Source: Thiomargarita sp. (lineage in GTDB: Bacteria; Pseudomonadota; Gammaproteobacteria; Beggiatoales; Beggiatoaceae). Taken from it: a stretch of 64,000 nucleotides of DNA. The notes under the pieces are model-generated. The model searched no databases. It saw nothing but the letters and a program-made list of their open reading frames with translations, and was not told where the DNA came from. Made by a program: the position numbers and the translations under genes. The stretch covers positions 15,154 through 79,153 of the forward strand of contig DYRG01000004.1 of assembly GCA_020718845.1 (NCBI GenBank), written 5' to 3'. Below, one piece after another: positions 1 to 8,400 of this stretch. Numbering within the stretch: the first letter of the stretch is position 1; every line of letters starts with the position of its first letter.

Positions 1-17
1 CACGATTTGATTTTAGT

Positions 18-3000
18 GTGCCTGAAGAATCGTTTGATATTGATGAATTAGAATTACGCGCCGTTCAATTATTACAAGAATGGTCAGAAACCGACGTTAA
101 TAGTCAAATAGAAAGTGATATTGTTTTTATTGATTTATTTTTGAGAAAATTGGTTGCAGAATTTGCAGCAAATAATCGTTTCTGGGAATTGTTGTTGCTC
201 AAATTAGATCGAGCAATTGCTCAAGAATATCCTTTAGGTCATTGTTTAAGCAATTGTATTGAAATTTTGATTGCAGCCGTGCCACGTTTTGGATTTCTAC
301 GGAGTTTTATTGTTGAGGTTCGTCCTTTCTATCAACGTTTAGATACCACAACGCCCGCATGGTTGCCAATTTTGATGGTTTTAAATGCACGTCCCGATGC
401 GACATTGTGGGCGGTTGTGTTGCGCAGCGTCAATTATTATCAAGTGTGGGAAAACGCGCAACAGATTGATTTATCAGCGATTCATCACGAAGCGACTCAA
501 CATTTGCGCCAACATTGGGAGCGCGTGCAGTTGGATTGGTTTGTCGAGGCGTGCGCGACGTTGGACGATTGGTTGTACGGCGTGACGGCGTATCAAACCC
601 TGCATGAATCAACGGATGCGGCACGGCGGCGGTTTGCGCAGGCGTTGGCGGATCAGCTCAAATCGAATGCCCAAGAAACCATACAATGGCTAGAGGTTTT
701 GTTGTTTGAAGCCTGTTTGGTGGCGACTTCGACCGATAATGTGGGGCAAACCCGCGATGTTTGGCGTTATCGATTAGCACATTTGCCACCGTTGTTTTTG
801 AAAAAAGCCCGAGAAATCAGCGCGTTTTTCCAACATTTAGAGATTACAAATTCTAACTCACGATTAATTCAACTCATTGATAAAATTCATAATTTTGCGC
901 CATTAATCGAAGAACTTGCCTTAACGCATCAAGAAAACATTGTTCATTTCAAAAATGCTCAACATGAAATATTAGAATTTGTTGCAACGCATTTAATTCA
1001 CTATCGAATTTTTTTCAATCCGCGTCAAGCAATTCTTGAATTAAAACAAAGCGTTATTCAAAAATTCGATCATTCTCTCGATAATGAAGAATTACCTCAA
1101 CTTTTTCAAATCGCACGTCAAGAAATTCAAACCTTGTCAGTTTCTCAATTATTTAAAGAAAGTTTCTTAGGTTTTTGTGAGCAATTTTCTTATGTTCTTG
1201 CAGCAAAGAATTTGAGTTCAACTTATCAAACCATTGCTCAATTTGCGGTCGAACAAGTGGGAACGGAATGCCCTGATTATATTAAAGAAATTGGAGAAAC
1301 AGGGCAGCAACTTTGTATTCAAGATAATGCGTTCACCTTACAACGTGCGGCGTGGGTTTTAGCAACCTCACTTGAACCCAAAGAAACCTTGCATTGGTGG
1401 TGGGACGTGTCGGTTGGTGTTTATTTGGTGCATCGAGAACGCGCAGCATTAGCAGCAAATTTGGCGGGTTTGTTGCGCGGTTTTCAACAACAACTTTCGT
1501 CTGCTAATGTTCAAATAATTTCTAAATTAATCAAAGAGTTATATCAAGAAGCCTTAGGTGTTTCAACGGATTATCGCGGTCGAGAAAATATTTCATTTCA
1601 ATCATTACCCATTCATCACGCGACGGCGGAACGTATTTTTACGCAACCTATTGAAACACCTGAGTTTTTTAAAGCATTTTCGTTCACAAAAGATGAAGAA
1701 GCGGCATGGATGAATTTAATGCCATCGTTGCAACGAGATTTACAAAATAAGTCTTTGATTGAATTGGAAAAATCTTGGAAAATACCTCAAGAATCGTTGT
1801 TTTGGGAAAATGTGGCGAGTCGAGCACCGACTTATTTGCGTCAAATCGCGCTTGGAATGCAACTCTCTGAAAATATTGATCTTTTTGCGGAAAAAATTTC
1901 CAATCATTTAGCGCAAATTCTCAAATTATCAGAAACCCATCACAATAAATGTCGACGCGATATTGGCTTATTAATCAGTTACTTAGCGGAATGTTTGCGT
2001 ACTCAACCGCCAACTTTAGCGGCTTTGAATGTGGTTCGATATTGGATTCAAACGATTTCGCCATTTGTGCGTTATAAATCAATCGTTTGGCGTTTTACTT
2101 GGGGTCGTTTGGAAGATGAAGCGTTGCCGTTTTTAAATCCACTCGAACAACGCACTTTGCATCAATGGTGCGCGCAACTCATTATTGCAAGTGACTTTTT
2201 TCCGCAAACCCATGCGTTATGTGCGCAAATATTTGCGAATGATGAGCCGTTGTTTGCGGAAGATTGGGCGACCGAGCAACAATGGCGCGATTTAATTGGG
2301 GGATTGTTAGCGGCGGCGATCACGCCCGATTGCGCCCCTATTTCTGGTGTGGCAATTGCGCAACGATTGGCACTCGCATCGCCTTTATTTGAGCAACTGT
2401 CGGCGACCGAATGGTTGCAACAACAAGCCGCTTTTCTTAATGCTTTCAAGCACTTATTAGATGCTGAATTATTGCAAAAACTTATTCAACGTCAAACTGA
2501 AATTACTAATGTTTTGATTAAATTCCCGATTTGTCAAAATGTGCAATCTATTGATTCGTTTAGTATTTTATTATCAGAGATAGATTATGCAGCAGATCGA
2601 TGTCGCCATCATGCCGAAAAAGACAATCTTGATGATAATGTGCCGTTTGCGTTAAATCATTGGCAAAATGCGTATTTTTTAACGTTTTCTCATATTCTAA
2701 ATGGAAATTTTCTAAAAAAATTAGTAAGTTATGAAAATTTATCGCTTCCTCAAATTCGCAGTTTTCTCTTTGAAAATATCGACATTTTGCCCGACTTAAC
2801 TGCTTTAAATCAATCGATTCTTCAACAATTTGGCGAAAACCATAAATTAACCGAACGTTGTCGCCTTGCTGCCCAAAGTTTTCCAATGGTCACGGCAGCG
2901 CATAAAGTCTTGAATTCTCAAAAGAATTGGGCAGAATTTTTATCTCAAAAACTCAATGTTTCGCATTGTGAAGATTTACAATTTTTGATGCGTCGAATTG

Positions 3001-5174
3001 GGTTGCATTTGAGTGGTTTAGTGCCATGCCCACATTTTTCAAAATGGTATTGGCGCACCGTTGGACAATTTTTGAGCGTTCCGACTCGTCAACACGCGGA
3101 AAAAATTCTCCCACAACTTCCGCAGTTATTATCGAGCGAATTTTCTGCACCAGAATTATCAGAAATTTCTAATATTTTCAAAGAATTATGTACGCTTTTT
3201 AAACAACCTCATTGGCAAAGTGCGCCTATTTTGCAAGATTTTCTGTTAGAAAATACCGACGCACCTAATAACAAAAAAACGCCGATTATTCAATCACTTA
3301 ATTTAAAAAATGGTTTGTGGACAGAAATTTTTATTCAACGTTCGCCGCCGCTATTTTATACTGCGCTGGAAAACGCACTTCCTCAATTATTACAAGGACT
3401 TACACCAGATTTACGGGGTGGCGTGAATGCGTTTGTGCACGAACTTTATCAACATGGCGATGAAGAGGCTGCGTGGCAAACAATGCAACCTTTTATGCGG
3501 GATTTATTGGCACAATCTCAAATAGATCAATTGCTTACAAGTTGGCGACAATTTATTTTGCGCACGTCCCAACATTTACCGCCTGCGCCCGCCGCGTGTT
3601 GGACGTTAATTTTGTGGCGAGGTTTTGAGGTGATTCGTCAAACCGCGCTCGGCGTGAAAATGTTGCAACACGCTGATAATATTGCAGAAAATATGTTGAG
3701 TGATTTTCCAGCTTTAACGGGACAAGCGCAAAATGATGGTTTAACGGATTCTGCAAAATGTCGGCGCGATTTACGCTTATTCATTGAATTTACTGGAAAA
3801 ACGTTGAGTGAGCAGCCGCCTTCGTTAGCCACTATAAATTGTGGGCGTTTTTTGGTGCAATATGTTGCGCCGTTCGTGCATTATACTGCCGAAACTTGGC
3901 GTTTAATAAAGCTACGTTTGCAAGAAAAAACATTGACTTACCTGCACAAAAATGAACATTCAGCCCTTTATCGATGGATTGGGCAATTAAGCGGTATTTT
4001 TGAGCAATTACCTTTATTATCTAAAAATGTCGGTTTAGAATTATTTTATAAAAATCAACAAGATGAAAATTGGGCGAATACGTTAAGTGGAATCCTAGTT
4101 GTATCGATGACGCACGAACAAGCACCTTTATCTGGGTCGGCTTTATTGCAACGTTTGATTTTAAGTAGTCCAGTTTTTGTGGATGTAAAAAACCTTCAAA
4201 ATCAATGTCAAAGCGTTTTAAATGTTCTAAATGGAACGCTTTTAGAAAAGGCTTTAGAAACCCAATCTCGCATTCACATTTATTTGTCAAAATTAGATAT
4301 TTTGCAAAAAGAGCCTCAATTACGCGGTTTTGATGCTTTTTGCGCTATTTTTTCACATTTTCCTTACACGCGAGAAATTTGGCAATACGAAATTTGGTCG
4401 AGAATGCAGGACGGTTGGTTGACGGCGGGGCAACCTTCGGATCGCGTGATTGCGCAATTAACGGGGTGGAAATCGCCTTCTTTAGAAAAATTAAGCCGTT
4501 TAAATGATGGTTTGCAACAGGCAATTACAATTCCTACAGTGCTAAAAACTCAATCACGTCAATGGTTTAAGAACAACGGATCGCCACTTCAAATTACACC
4601 GCAACAACAACAAATTTCAGGGTTTATTTTAAAATTATTGATTTTAAGATCGACTTTTGAAGTTAATATAGAAACAATTAAAAGTGACATTTCTGAAATG
4701 TTAAGTTGGGGATTAGAAAATGATGCCATTCTTCAAATCATTCATTATCAATCTCAAACCCAACCGCATTTAGAGAAACGCGGGCAATTGTTATTACAAC
4801 AATGGATTTCTAGTCAAACAGGTTTAAAACTATTACAAAATCCTCAAAAATTGGGTGAAGAAGCCGCGATTTCTTTTAAGAACGCTCAATGTGGAAAAGA
4901 CCTTGGACATTTATTAAGACAAATCGGATTACAACTGTTAGGATTACAAACGGTTAAATTAGAGGATTGGTATTTTAATCATGTTGGAATTTTCTTAACG
5001 TTAAATACTCGACAATTCGCAGAAAAATCGTTGCCGACTTTATTACAAAATGTGAAAAAATATTTTACTGAACAAGAATGGCAACTCATTGAATTACAAT
5101 TAAAAAATTGCTATCAAGCCTTCAATCAGTTAGAATGGACAGAAACCACTTTTTCTAATTGGGTGTCATCGTGA
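18..5174 (+). CDS. Giant 1718-aa multidomain protein with four phycobiliprotein-like (globin-type) Cys motifs; function unknown
   Basis: This is the longest plus-strand ORF, starting at GTG 18. The frame stays open back to base 3, so the true 5' end may lie outside the window. I recognise no family for the whole protein. Residues ~558-1145 and ~1146-1718 form a tandem duplication. Shared blocks are DEEAAW, KCRRD[IL], QPP[TS]LA and PFV[RH]Y, followed by C[EG].DL..L.R.IGL.L.GL and VG.FL...TRQ.AEK.LP.L. There are four Cys-x-[RK/E]-D-[IL] blocks, at Cys645, 984, 1248 and 1625. They resemble the chromophore-Cys helix of phycobiliproteins: KCRRDIGLLISYLAECL here versus C-phycocyanin alpha KCLRDIGYYLRMVTYCL, recalled from memory. 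Confidence 0.7.
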   Translation: MPEESFDIDELELRAVQLLQEWSETDVNSQIESDIVFIDLFLRKLVAEFAANNRFWELLLLKLDRAIAQEYPLGHCLSNCIEILIAAVPRFGFLRSFIVEVRPFYQRLDTTTPAWLPILMVLNARPDATLWAVVLRSVNYYQVWENAQQIDLSAIHHEATQHLRQHWERVQLDWFVEACATLDDWLYGVTAYQTLHESTDAARRRFAQALADQLKSNAQETIQWLEVLLFEACLVATSTDNVGQTRDVWRYRLAHLPPLFLKKAREISAFFQHLEITNSNSRLIQLIDKIHNFAPLIEELALTHQENIVHFKNAQHEILEFVATHLIHYRIFFNPRQAILELKQSVIQKFDHSLDNEELPQLFQIARQEIQTLSVSQLFKESFLGFCEQFSYVLAAKNLSSTYQTIAQFAVEQVGTECPDYIKEIGETGQQLCIQDNAFTLQRAAWVLATSLEPKETLHWWWDVSVGVYLVHRERAALAANLAGLLRGFQQQLSSANVQIISKLIKELYQEALGVSTDYRGRENISFQSLPIHHATAERIFTQPIETPEFFKAFSFTKDEEAAWMNLMPSLQRDLQNKSLIELEKSWKIPQESLFWENVASRAPTYLRQIALGMQLSENIDLFAEKISNHLAQILKLSETHHNKCRRDIGLLISYLAECLRTQPPTLAALNVVRYWIQTISPFVRYKSIVWRFTWGRLEDEALPFLNPLEQRTLHQWCAQLIIASDFFPQTHALCAQIFANDEPLFAEDWATEQQWRDLIGGLLAAAITPDCAPISGVAIAQRLALASPLFEQLSATEWLQQQAAFLNAFKHLLDAELLQKLIQRQTEITNVLIKFPICQNVQSIDSFSILLSEIDYAADRCRHHAEKDNLDDNVPFALNHWQNAYFLTFSHILNGNFLKKLVSYENLSLPQIRSFLFENIDILPDLTALNQSILQQFGENHKLTERCRLAAQSFPMVTAAHKVLNSQKNWAEFLSQKLNVSHCEDLQFLMRRIGLHLSGLVPCPHFSKWYWRTVGQFLSVPTRQHAEKILPQLPQLLSSEFSAPELSEISNIFKELCTLFKQPHWQSAPILQDFLLENTDAPNNKKTPIIQSLNLKNGLWTEIFIQRSPPLFYTALENALPQLLQGLTPDLRGGVNAFVHELYQHGDEEAAWQTMQPFMRDLLAQSQIDQLLTSWRQFILRTSQHLPPAPAACWTLILWRGFEVIRQTALGVKMLQHADNIAENMLSDFPALTGQAQNDGLTDSAKCRRDLRLFIEFTGKTLSEQPPSLATINCGRFLVQYVAPFVHYTAETWRLIKLRLQEKTLTYLHKNEHSALYRWIGQLSGIFEQLPLLSKNVGLELFYKNQQDENWANTLSGILVVSMTHEQAPLSGSALLQRLILSSPVFVDVKNLQNQCQSVLNVLNGTLLEKALETQSRIHIYLSKLDILQKEPQLRGFDAFCAIFSHFPYTREIWQYEIWSRMQDGWLTAGQPSDRVIAQLTGWKSPSLEKLSRLNDGLQQAITIPTVLKTQSRQWFKNNGSPLQITPQQQQISGFILKLLILRSTFEVNIETIKSDISEMLSWGLENDAILQIIHYQSQTQPHLEKRGQLLLQQWISSQTGLKLLQNPQKLGEEAAISFKNAQCGKDLGHLLRQIGLQLLGLQTVKLEDWYFNHVGIFLTLNTRQFAEKSLPTLLQNVKKYFTEQEWQLIELQLKNCYQAFNQLEWTETTFSNWVSS
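1689..5171 (+). repeat. Intragenic tandem duplication (two ~590-aa units) inside the giant ORF
   Basis: Unit 1 starts at FTKDEEAAWMNLMPSLQRDL (nt ~1689). Unit 2 starts at HGDEEAAWQTMQPFMRDL (nt ~3453). The conserved blocks occur in the same order in both units. The identity is low but recognisable at protein level and is not evident at DNA level. Confidence 0.7.
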
Positions 5175-5635
5175 AAAGTGTTAATTTTAAGGGCGCAGAA
5201 CCCGTCGATGTTAAAACAAATATGCCCGTTTTAGAGGCATTATTGGCAAAACAAGTGGATGTTATGATGTTATGTGGCGGACGGGGTTTGTGCGCGACCT
5301 GTCACGTTTATGTCACCCGTAATCCACATTGTTTGACACCTATTACTGAAAGAGAGAAAAAAACCTTAGCATTATTAAGCGGCGCACAGAGCAACAGCCG
5401 TTTGGCGTGTCAAGCACAGGTGATTGCAGAAGGGGTAGAAATTGCTTTACCTGAAGGTTTGTATTTAGAATCAACGTCGAGCTTAGAATCGTTGATAGGA
5501 AAACGCACCCAAGTGCCTATTTTGCACCCCATTGATGGACGGATTTTAATTGAAGCAGGTAAAATCATTACACGTTCTTCAATTATGCAATTAAAAGATG
5601 TTGATTTTGATGTTAAAGAAGTGCAATTAACTTGA
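5159..5635 (+). CDS. 2Fe-2S ferredoxin (adrenodoxin/putidaredoxin-type) with ~60-aa C-terminal extension
   Basis: The motif CGGRGLCATCH...(35 aa)...LAC gives the C-x5-C-x2-C-x35-C pattern typical of vertebrate-type [2Fe-2S] ferredoxins. The ORF track starts at TTG 5159; GTG 5171 is an alternative start. It overlaps the stop of the upstream giant ORF, which suggests coupling. The tail after residue ~100 matches nothing I recognise. Confidence 0.8.
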   Translation: MGVIVKSVNFKGAEPVDVKTNMPVLEALLAKQVDVMMLCGGRGLCATCHVYVTRNPHCLTPITEREKKTLALLSGAQSNSRLACQAQVIAEGVEIALPEGLYLESTSSLESLIGKRTQVPILHPIDGRILIEAGKIITRSSIMQLKDVDFDVKEVQLT

Positions 5636-5656
5636 TTTCAAAAAAGTGAGGAAAAA

Positions 5657-6328
5657 ATGCCAATTAGTCCAATCGATGGTGGTTTCAAAGGCTATCATAA
5701 TTATTATCACCAAGATGAGTTTTTTCGTAAAGAAACTGAGCAAGGTGCAATTTATTTGAGAGATGGTCAACGTGCTGCAAAAGTCACCGAAGCATTTATT
5801 ACAGGTTTGCATATTGGAATTGAAGAAGAAGTCGGGAGCAACTCCGCTAATTTAATGATGTATCGGTGCGGGGTTGAATGGGGTCAAAAAGATATGCAAC
5901 GTTTTAATACCCGAATGCGTCAAGAATTTGGGGGAGGAAAACTCGACGTTTGGCAAATGAATCGTAAGTTTGTTTTTGAATGTTGGTGGTGGCCCCTCAC
6001 GGTTGAAGGATTTGGAGGATGGACATTAGATTTGGGTTTCAAAAAACGCGGTTTAACAGTGGTAGAAATTCGTAATTCTGCGGTTGCTCATGCAATGAAA
6101 ATTGTAGGAAAACCTGTTTGTCATTTGTATGCGGGTTTATTTGCGGGAGTTTTCTCTGTTTATGAAAGAGAAGAACGTGATTGCATTGAAGTGCAATGTT
6201 ATTCAATGGGAAATGATGTTTGCAAGTTTATCATAGGCGATAAGAAACAAGTAAATGCCGCTGAATTTTGGCGACAAGAAGGCGCAACTGCGAGTGAAAT
6301 TTTAAATAATTTGGACATTGAAGCATGA
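5657..6328 (+). CDS. V4R (4-vinyl reductase-type) domain protein, paralog 1
   Basis: The C-terminal block VEIRNSAVAH..GKPVCHLYAGLFAGVFSVY..RDCIEVQCYSMGNDVCKFIIG matches the V4R signature (E..C...G...C.F.I). A GAGGA RBS lies upstream of ATG 5657. The gene overlaps the next gene by 4 nt. Confidence 0.75.
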   Translation: MPISPIDGGFKGYHNYYHQDEFFRKETEQGAIYLRDGQRAAKVTEAFITGLHIGIEEEVGSNSANLMMYRCGVEWGQKDMQRFNTRMRQEFGGGKLDVWQMNRKFVFECWWWPLTVEGFGGWTLDLGFKKRGLTVVEIRNSAVAHAMKIVGKPVCHLYAGLFAGVFSVYEREERDCIEVQCYSMGNDVCKFIIGDKKQVNAAEFWRQEGATASEILNNLDIEA

Positions 6329-7164
6329 ACACGCCTGAATTATTACAACAAGCCTTAGAAAAATTGGATTTTAATCAACAAAAATCCCCTGAGGATCATT
6401 TGTTTTTAGCGTTAGAAAAGTTAAATCATAATCTTCAAGAAAATAACACGCCAAATTTATTGCAAACTTTGTTATATCAAAGCTGTTCTAAATTTAATGA
6501 AAGTTATAATGGTTTAAATGAGCCAGCCCCTTTTTTAGAAATCGCTTTACAAACCTTAAATCGAGGAATTGTTGGGATTCAAGAAGCCGAAGAAGTTTTA
6601 TTACATGAAGAAGAATTACCGACGTTGCCAGATTTAGGTGAAGATGTTTTAGCTACTGAAACAATGCCGATTTCAGATTTATTTCTATCGATAAAATCTG
6701 AATATAAAGAACCGCGTAGTTTTGTATTGGAAAAACCAGCTACTAATGAAATGACACCCGCAGTAATTACAACACCTGTTAATAAAGTAATTACTAAACC
6801 TGTTATTGAAAATAATAAAATAATTCAAGAAGTTACAAAACCCGTTTTAAAGCAAACAACTTCTGTTGATTTAAGCAAAGCAAGCTATTTTTTTGGAAGT
6901 TTGCCCTTTGAAAAAGCCTTGCCAAAAATTAAAGTCGTAGAACAAGATACAGGTGAAGAAACCCATTTTCGGATTTTACCATCCAAACAAAATGCTTGGA
7001 AAAATGATAGCAACTTGGTAGAAAATCCGATTTTTGCAGCAACCTTACAAGCAATTCAAGCATCGGGAGGAACTGTGCCAACTACTTTAAATCAAAATGA
7101 TTACAAAACGATAAAGAGTCAGTCTTTTTTTAGTTCTTTACCTTGGGCTAGAAAAACAGCCTAA
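6325..7164 (+). CDS. Hypothetical low-complexity/disordered protein with duplicated FFxSLP[FW] motif
   Basis: The start has an ATGA overlap with the upstream V4R gene. I recognise no family. The composition is Pro/Thr/Lys/Glu-rich. There are ITKPV/VTKPV mini-repeats, and SYFFGSLPF (nt 6883-6909) recurs as SFFSSLPW (nt 7123-7146). Confidence 0.6.
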   Translation: MNTPELLQQALEKLDFNQQKSPEDHLFLALEKLNHNLQENNTPNLLQTLLYQSCSKFNESYNGLNEPAPFLEIALQTLNRGIVGIQEAEEVLLHEEELPTLPDLGEDVLATETMPISDLFLSIKSEYKEPRSFVLEKPATNEMTPAVITTPVNKVITKPVIENNKIIQEVTKPVLKQTTSVDLSKASYFFGSLPFEKALPKIKVVEQDTGEETHFRILPSKQNAWKNDSNLVENPIFAATLQAIQASGGTVPTTLNQNDYKTIKSQSFFSSLPWARKTA

Positions 7165-7175
7165 TTGAGCATCCA

Positions 7176-7742
7176 ATGTCTGAGATAAGTTTGAGAAAAC
7201 ATCCGCAATTACAAGCCTTATTTCGTGCGGCAGAAAGTCGACAAATGAGTGAGCAAGAATTAGATGAATATTGCCGTATTGCACCTGAATGTACGCAACG
7301 TGCAATTGCGGCGAGAGAAATTACCGCCGTAGAACAAGCCATTGTTCAAAAGGTTGTTGATGAAATTTTTGCAATTTATCCGTATGAACAATTTCATCAA
7401 TCGGCGTTAGCAAAATGTACGCGAGATGTGCGTTATGTGAGCGCGTATGCAACCTTATCAATGTTAATGAATGATCCGCAATGGTTCAATGATAAACTGT
7501 TGATTTGGTTGAAAACTATTTTACATTCATTTGAATTTCCTGATAAGAAAACGAAAGGAAAAGTTTTATTTTCAGGCGCTGCACAAGATAACAAAATTGA
7601 AGAATTACCTGCACATCGACGTTCTATTTATGAAACCTATACCAAATTAAAGCAACATTATCAGCGAGTGCTTACATTTTCTTCATTTGGTTTGATAGAA
7701 CCGTATTTGCAACAAGCCATTGATATTTTATCTGGAGATTAA
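7176..7742 (+). CDS. Phycobiliprotein-like (phycobilisome-protein family, globin fold) protein
   Basis: QRAIAAREITAVEQAIVQKVVDEIF and LAKCTRDVRYVSAYATLSMLMNDPQWFNDKLLIWLKTILHSFEFP align by eye with allophycocyanin/phycocyanin blocks (..AANIVKEAV..; ..[44 protein letters not shown], recalled from memory). Cys81 (nt 7416-7418) sits at the canonical bilin-attachment position. The PGGN loop is absent. Confidence 0.75.
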   Translation: MSEISLRKHPQLQALFRAAESRQMSEQELDEYCRIAPECTQRAIAAREITAVEQAIVQKVVDEIFAIYPYEQFHQSALAKCTRDVRYVSAYATLSMLMNDPQWFNDKLLIWLKTILHSFEFPDKKTKGKVLFSGAAQDNKIEELPAHRRSIYETYTKLKQHYQRVLTFSSFGLIEPYLQQAIDILSGD

Positions 7743-7743
7743 T

Positions 7744-8400
7744 ATGACTCACCAAACATTAGAAAATGCAATATTTGAGAAACTTTTGGGTGAATCTGGT
7801 TATTTCTACGATTTGAAAGAGGGCACGGTTGTTAATTACAACGGATCGAGAATTATTTATTTGTCATCGGATATTATTCGCGGTATTTATGAAGCGTTGT
7901 ATATTGAAGCGGGCGATGCGTGGAAAATCATTTTAAGTAATTGCGGTTATCGATGGGGAAAACAGCTTTATGATGCGTTCAATAAAGAATTACAACTCAC
8001 CAATCAAACCACATTAGAAAATTTTACCGTTAATGATTTCGTTAGCTTTATTGAATTGTATTTCAATCAACACGGTTGGGGAAAGATTAAAATTTATTTG
8101 GAAGATGCGAGCATTTATGGCATTATTCGAGTGAGCATGACGCATAGTTTATTTGTTGATACATTAAGCCATTTGCGAGATCGAGTGGATTTCATGATCG
8201 CTGGAATGTTGAGAGGATTATTTGAGAAAATTTCTAATCATTCGTTAGAGTGTTTAGAAATCAAATGTAGTGCTCGCGGAGCTGCTCCAAGTTGTGAATT
8301 TGTGATTGCTGGACAGCAACGGATTCGTTTATTAGAACCCTTAATAGAAAATGACGATCCACCTTTAGAAAAACTTTTGGCGCAATTGCGTGAACTCTAA
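7744..8400 (+). CDS. V4R domain protein, paralog 2
   Basis: The C-terminal block VDFMIAGMLRGLFEKISNHSLECLEIKCSARGAAPSCEFVIAG is a V4R signature. I chose ATG 7744, which lies 1 nt after the upstream stop, over the TTG 7720 in the ORF track. Confidence 0.75.
   Translation: MTHQTLENAIFEKLLGESGYFYDLKEGTVVNYNGSRIIYLSSDIIRGIYEALYIEAGDAWKIILSNCGYRWGKQLYDAFNKELQLTNQTTLENFTVNDFVSFIELYFNQHGWGKIKIYLEDASIYGIIRVSMTHSLFVDTLSHLRDRVDFMIAGMLRGLFEKISNHSLECLEIKCSARGAAPSCEFVIAGQQRIRLLEPLIENDDPPLEKLLAQLREL

Noticed and set aside
7720-7743. TTG-initiated 8-codon extension of the second V4R ORF (MIFYLEIN...).
   Set aside because: It would overlap the end of the phycobiliprotein-like gene. ATG 7744, 1 nt after that gene's stop, gives a normal N-terminus, so the shorter model is preferred.
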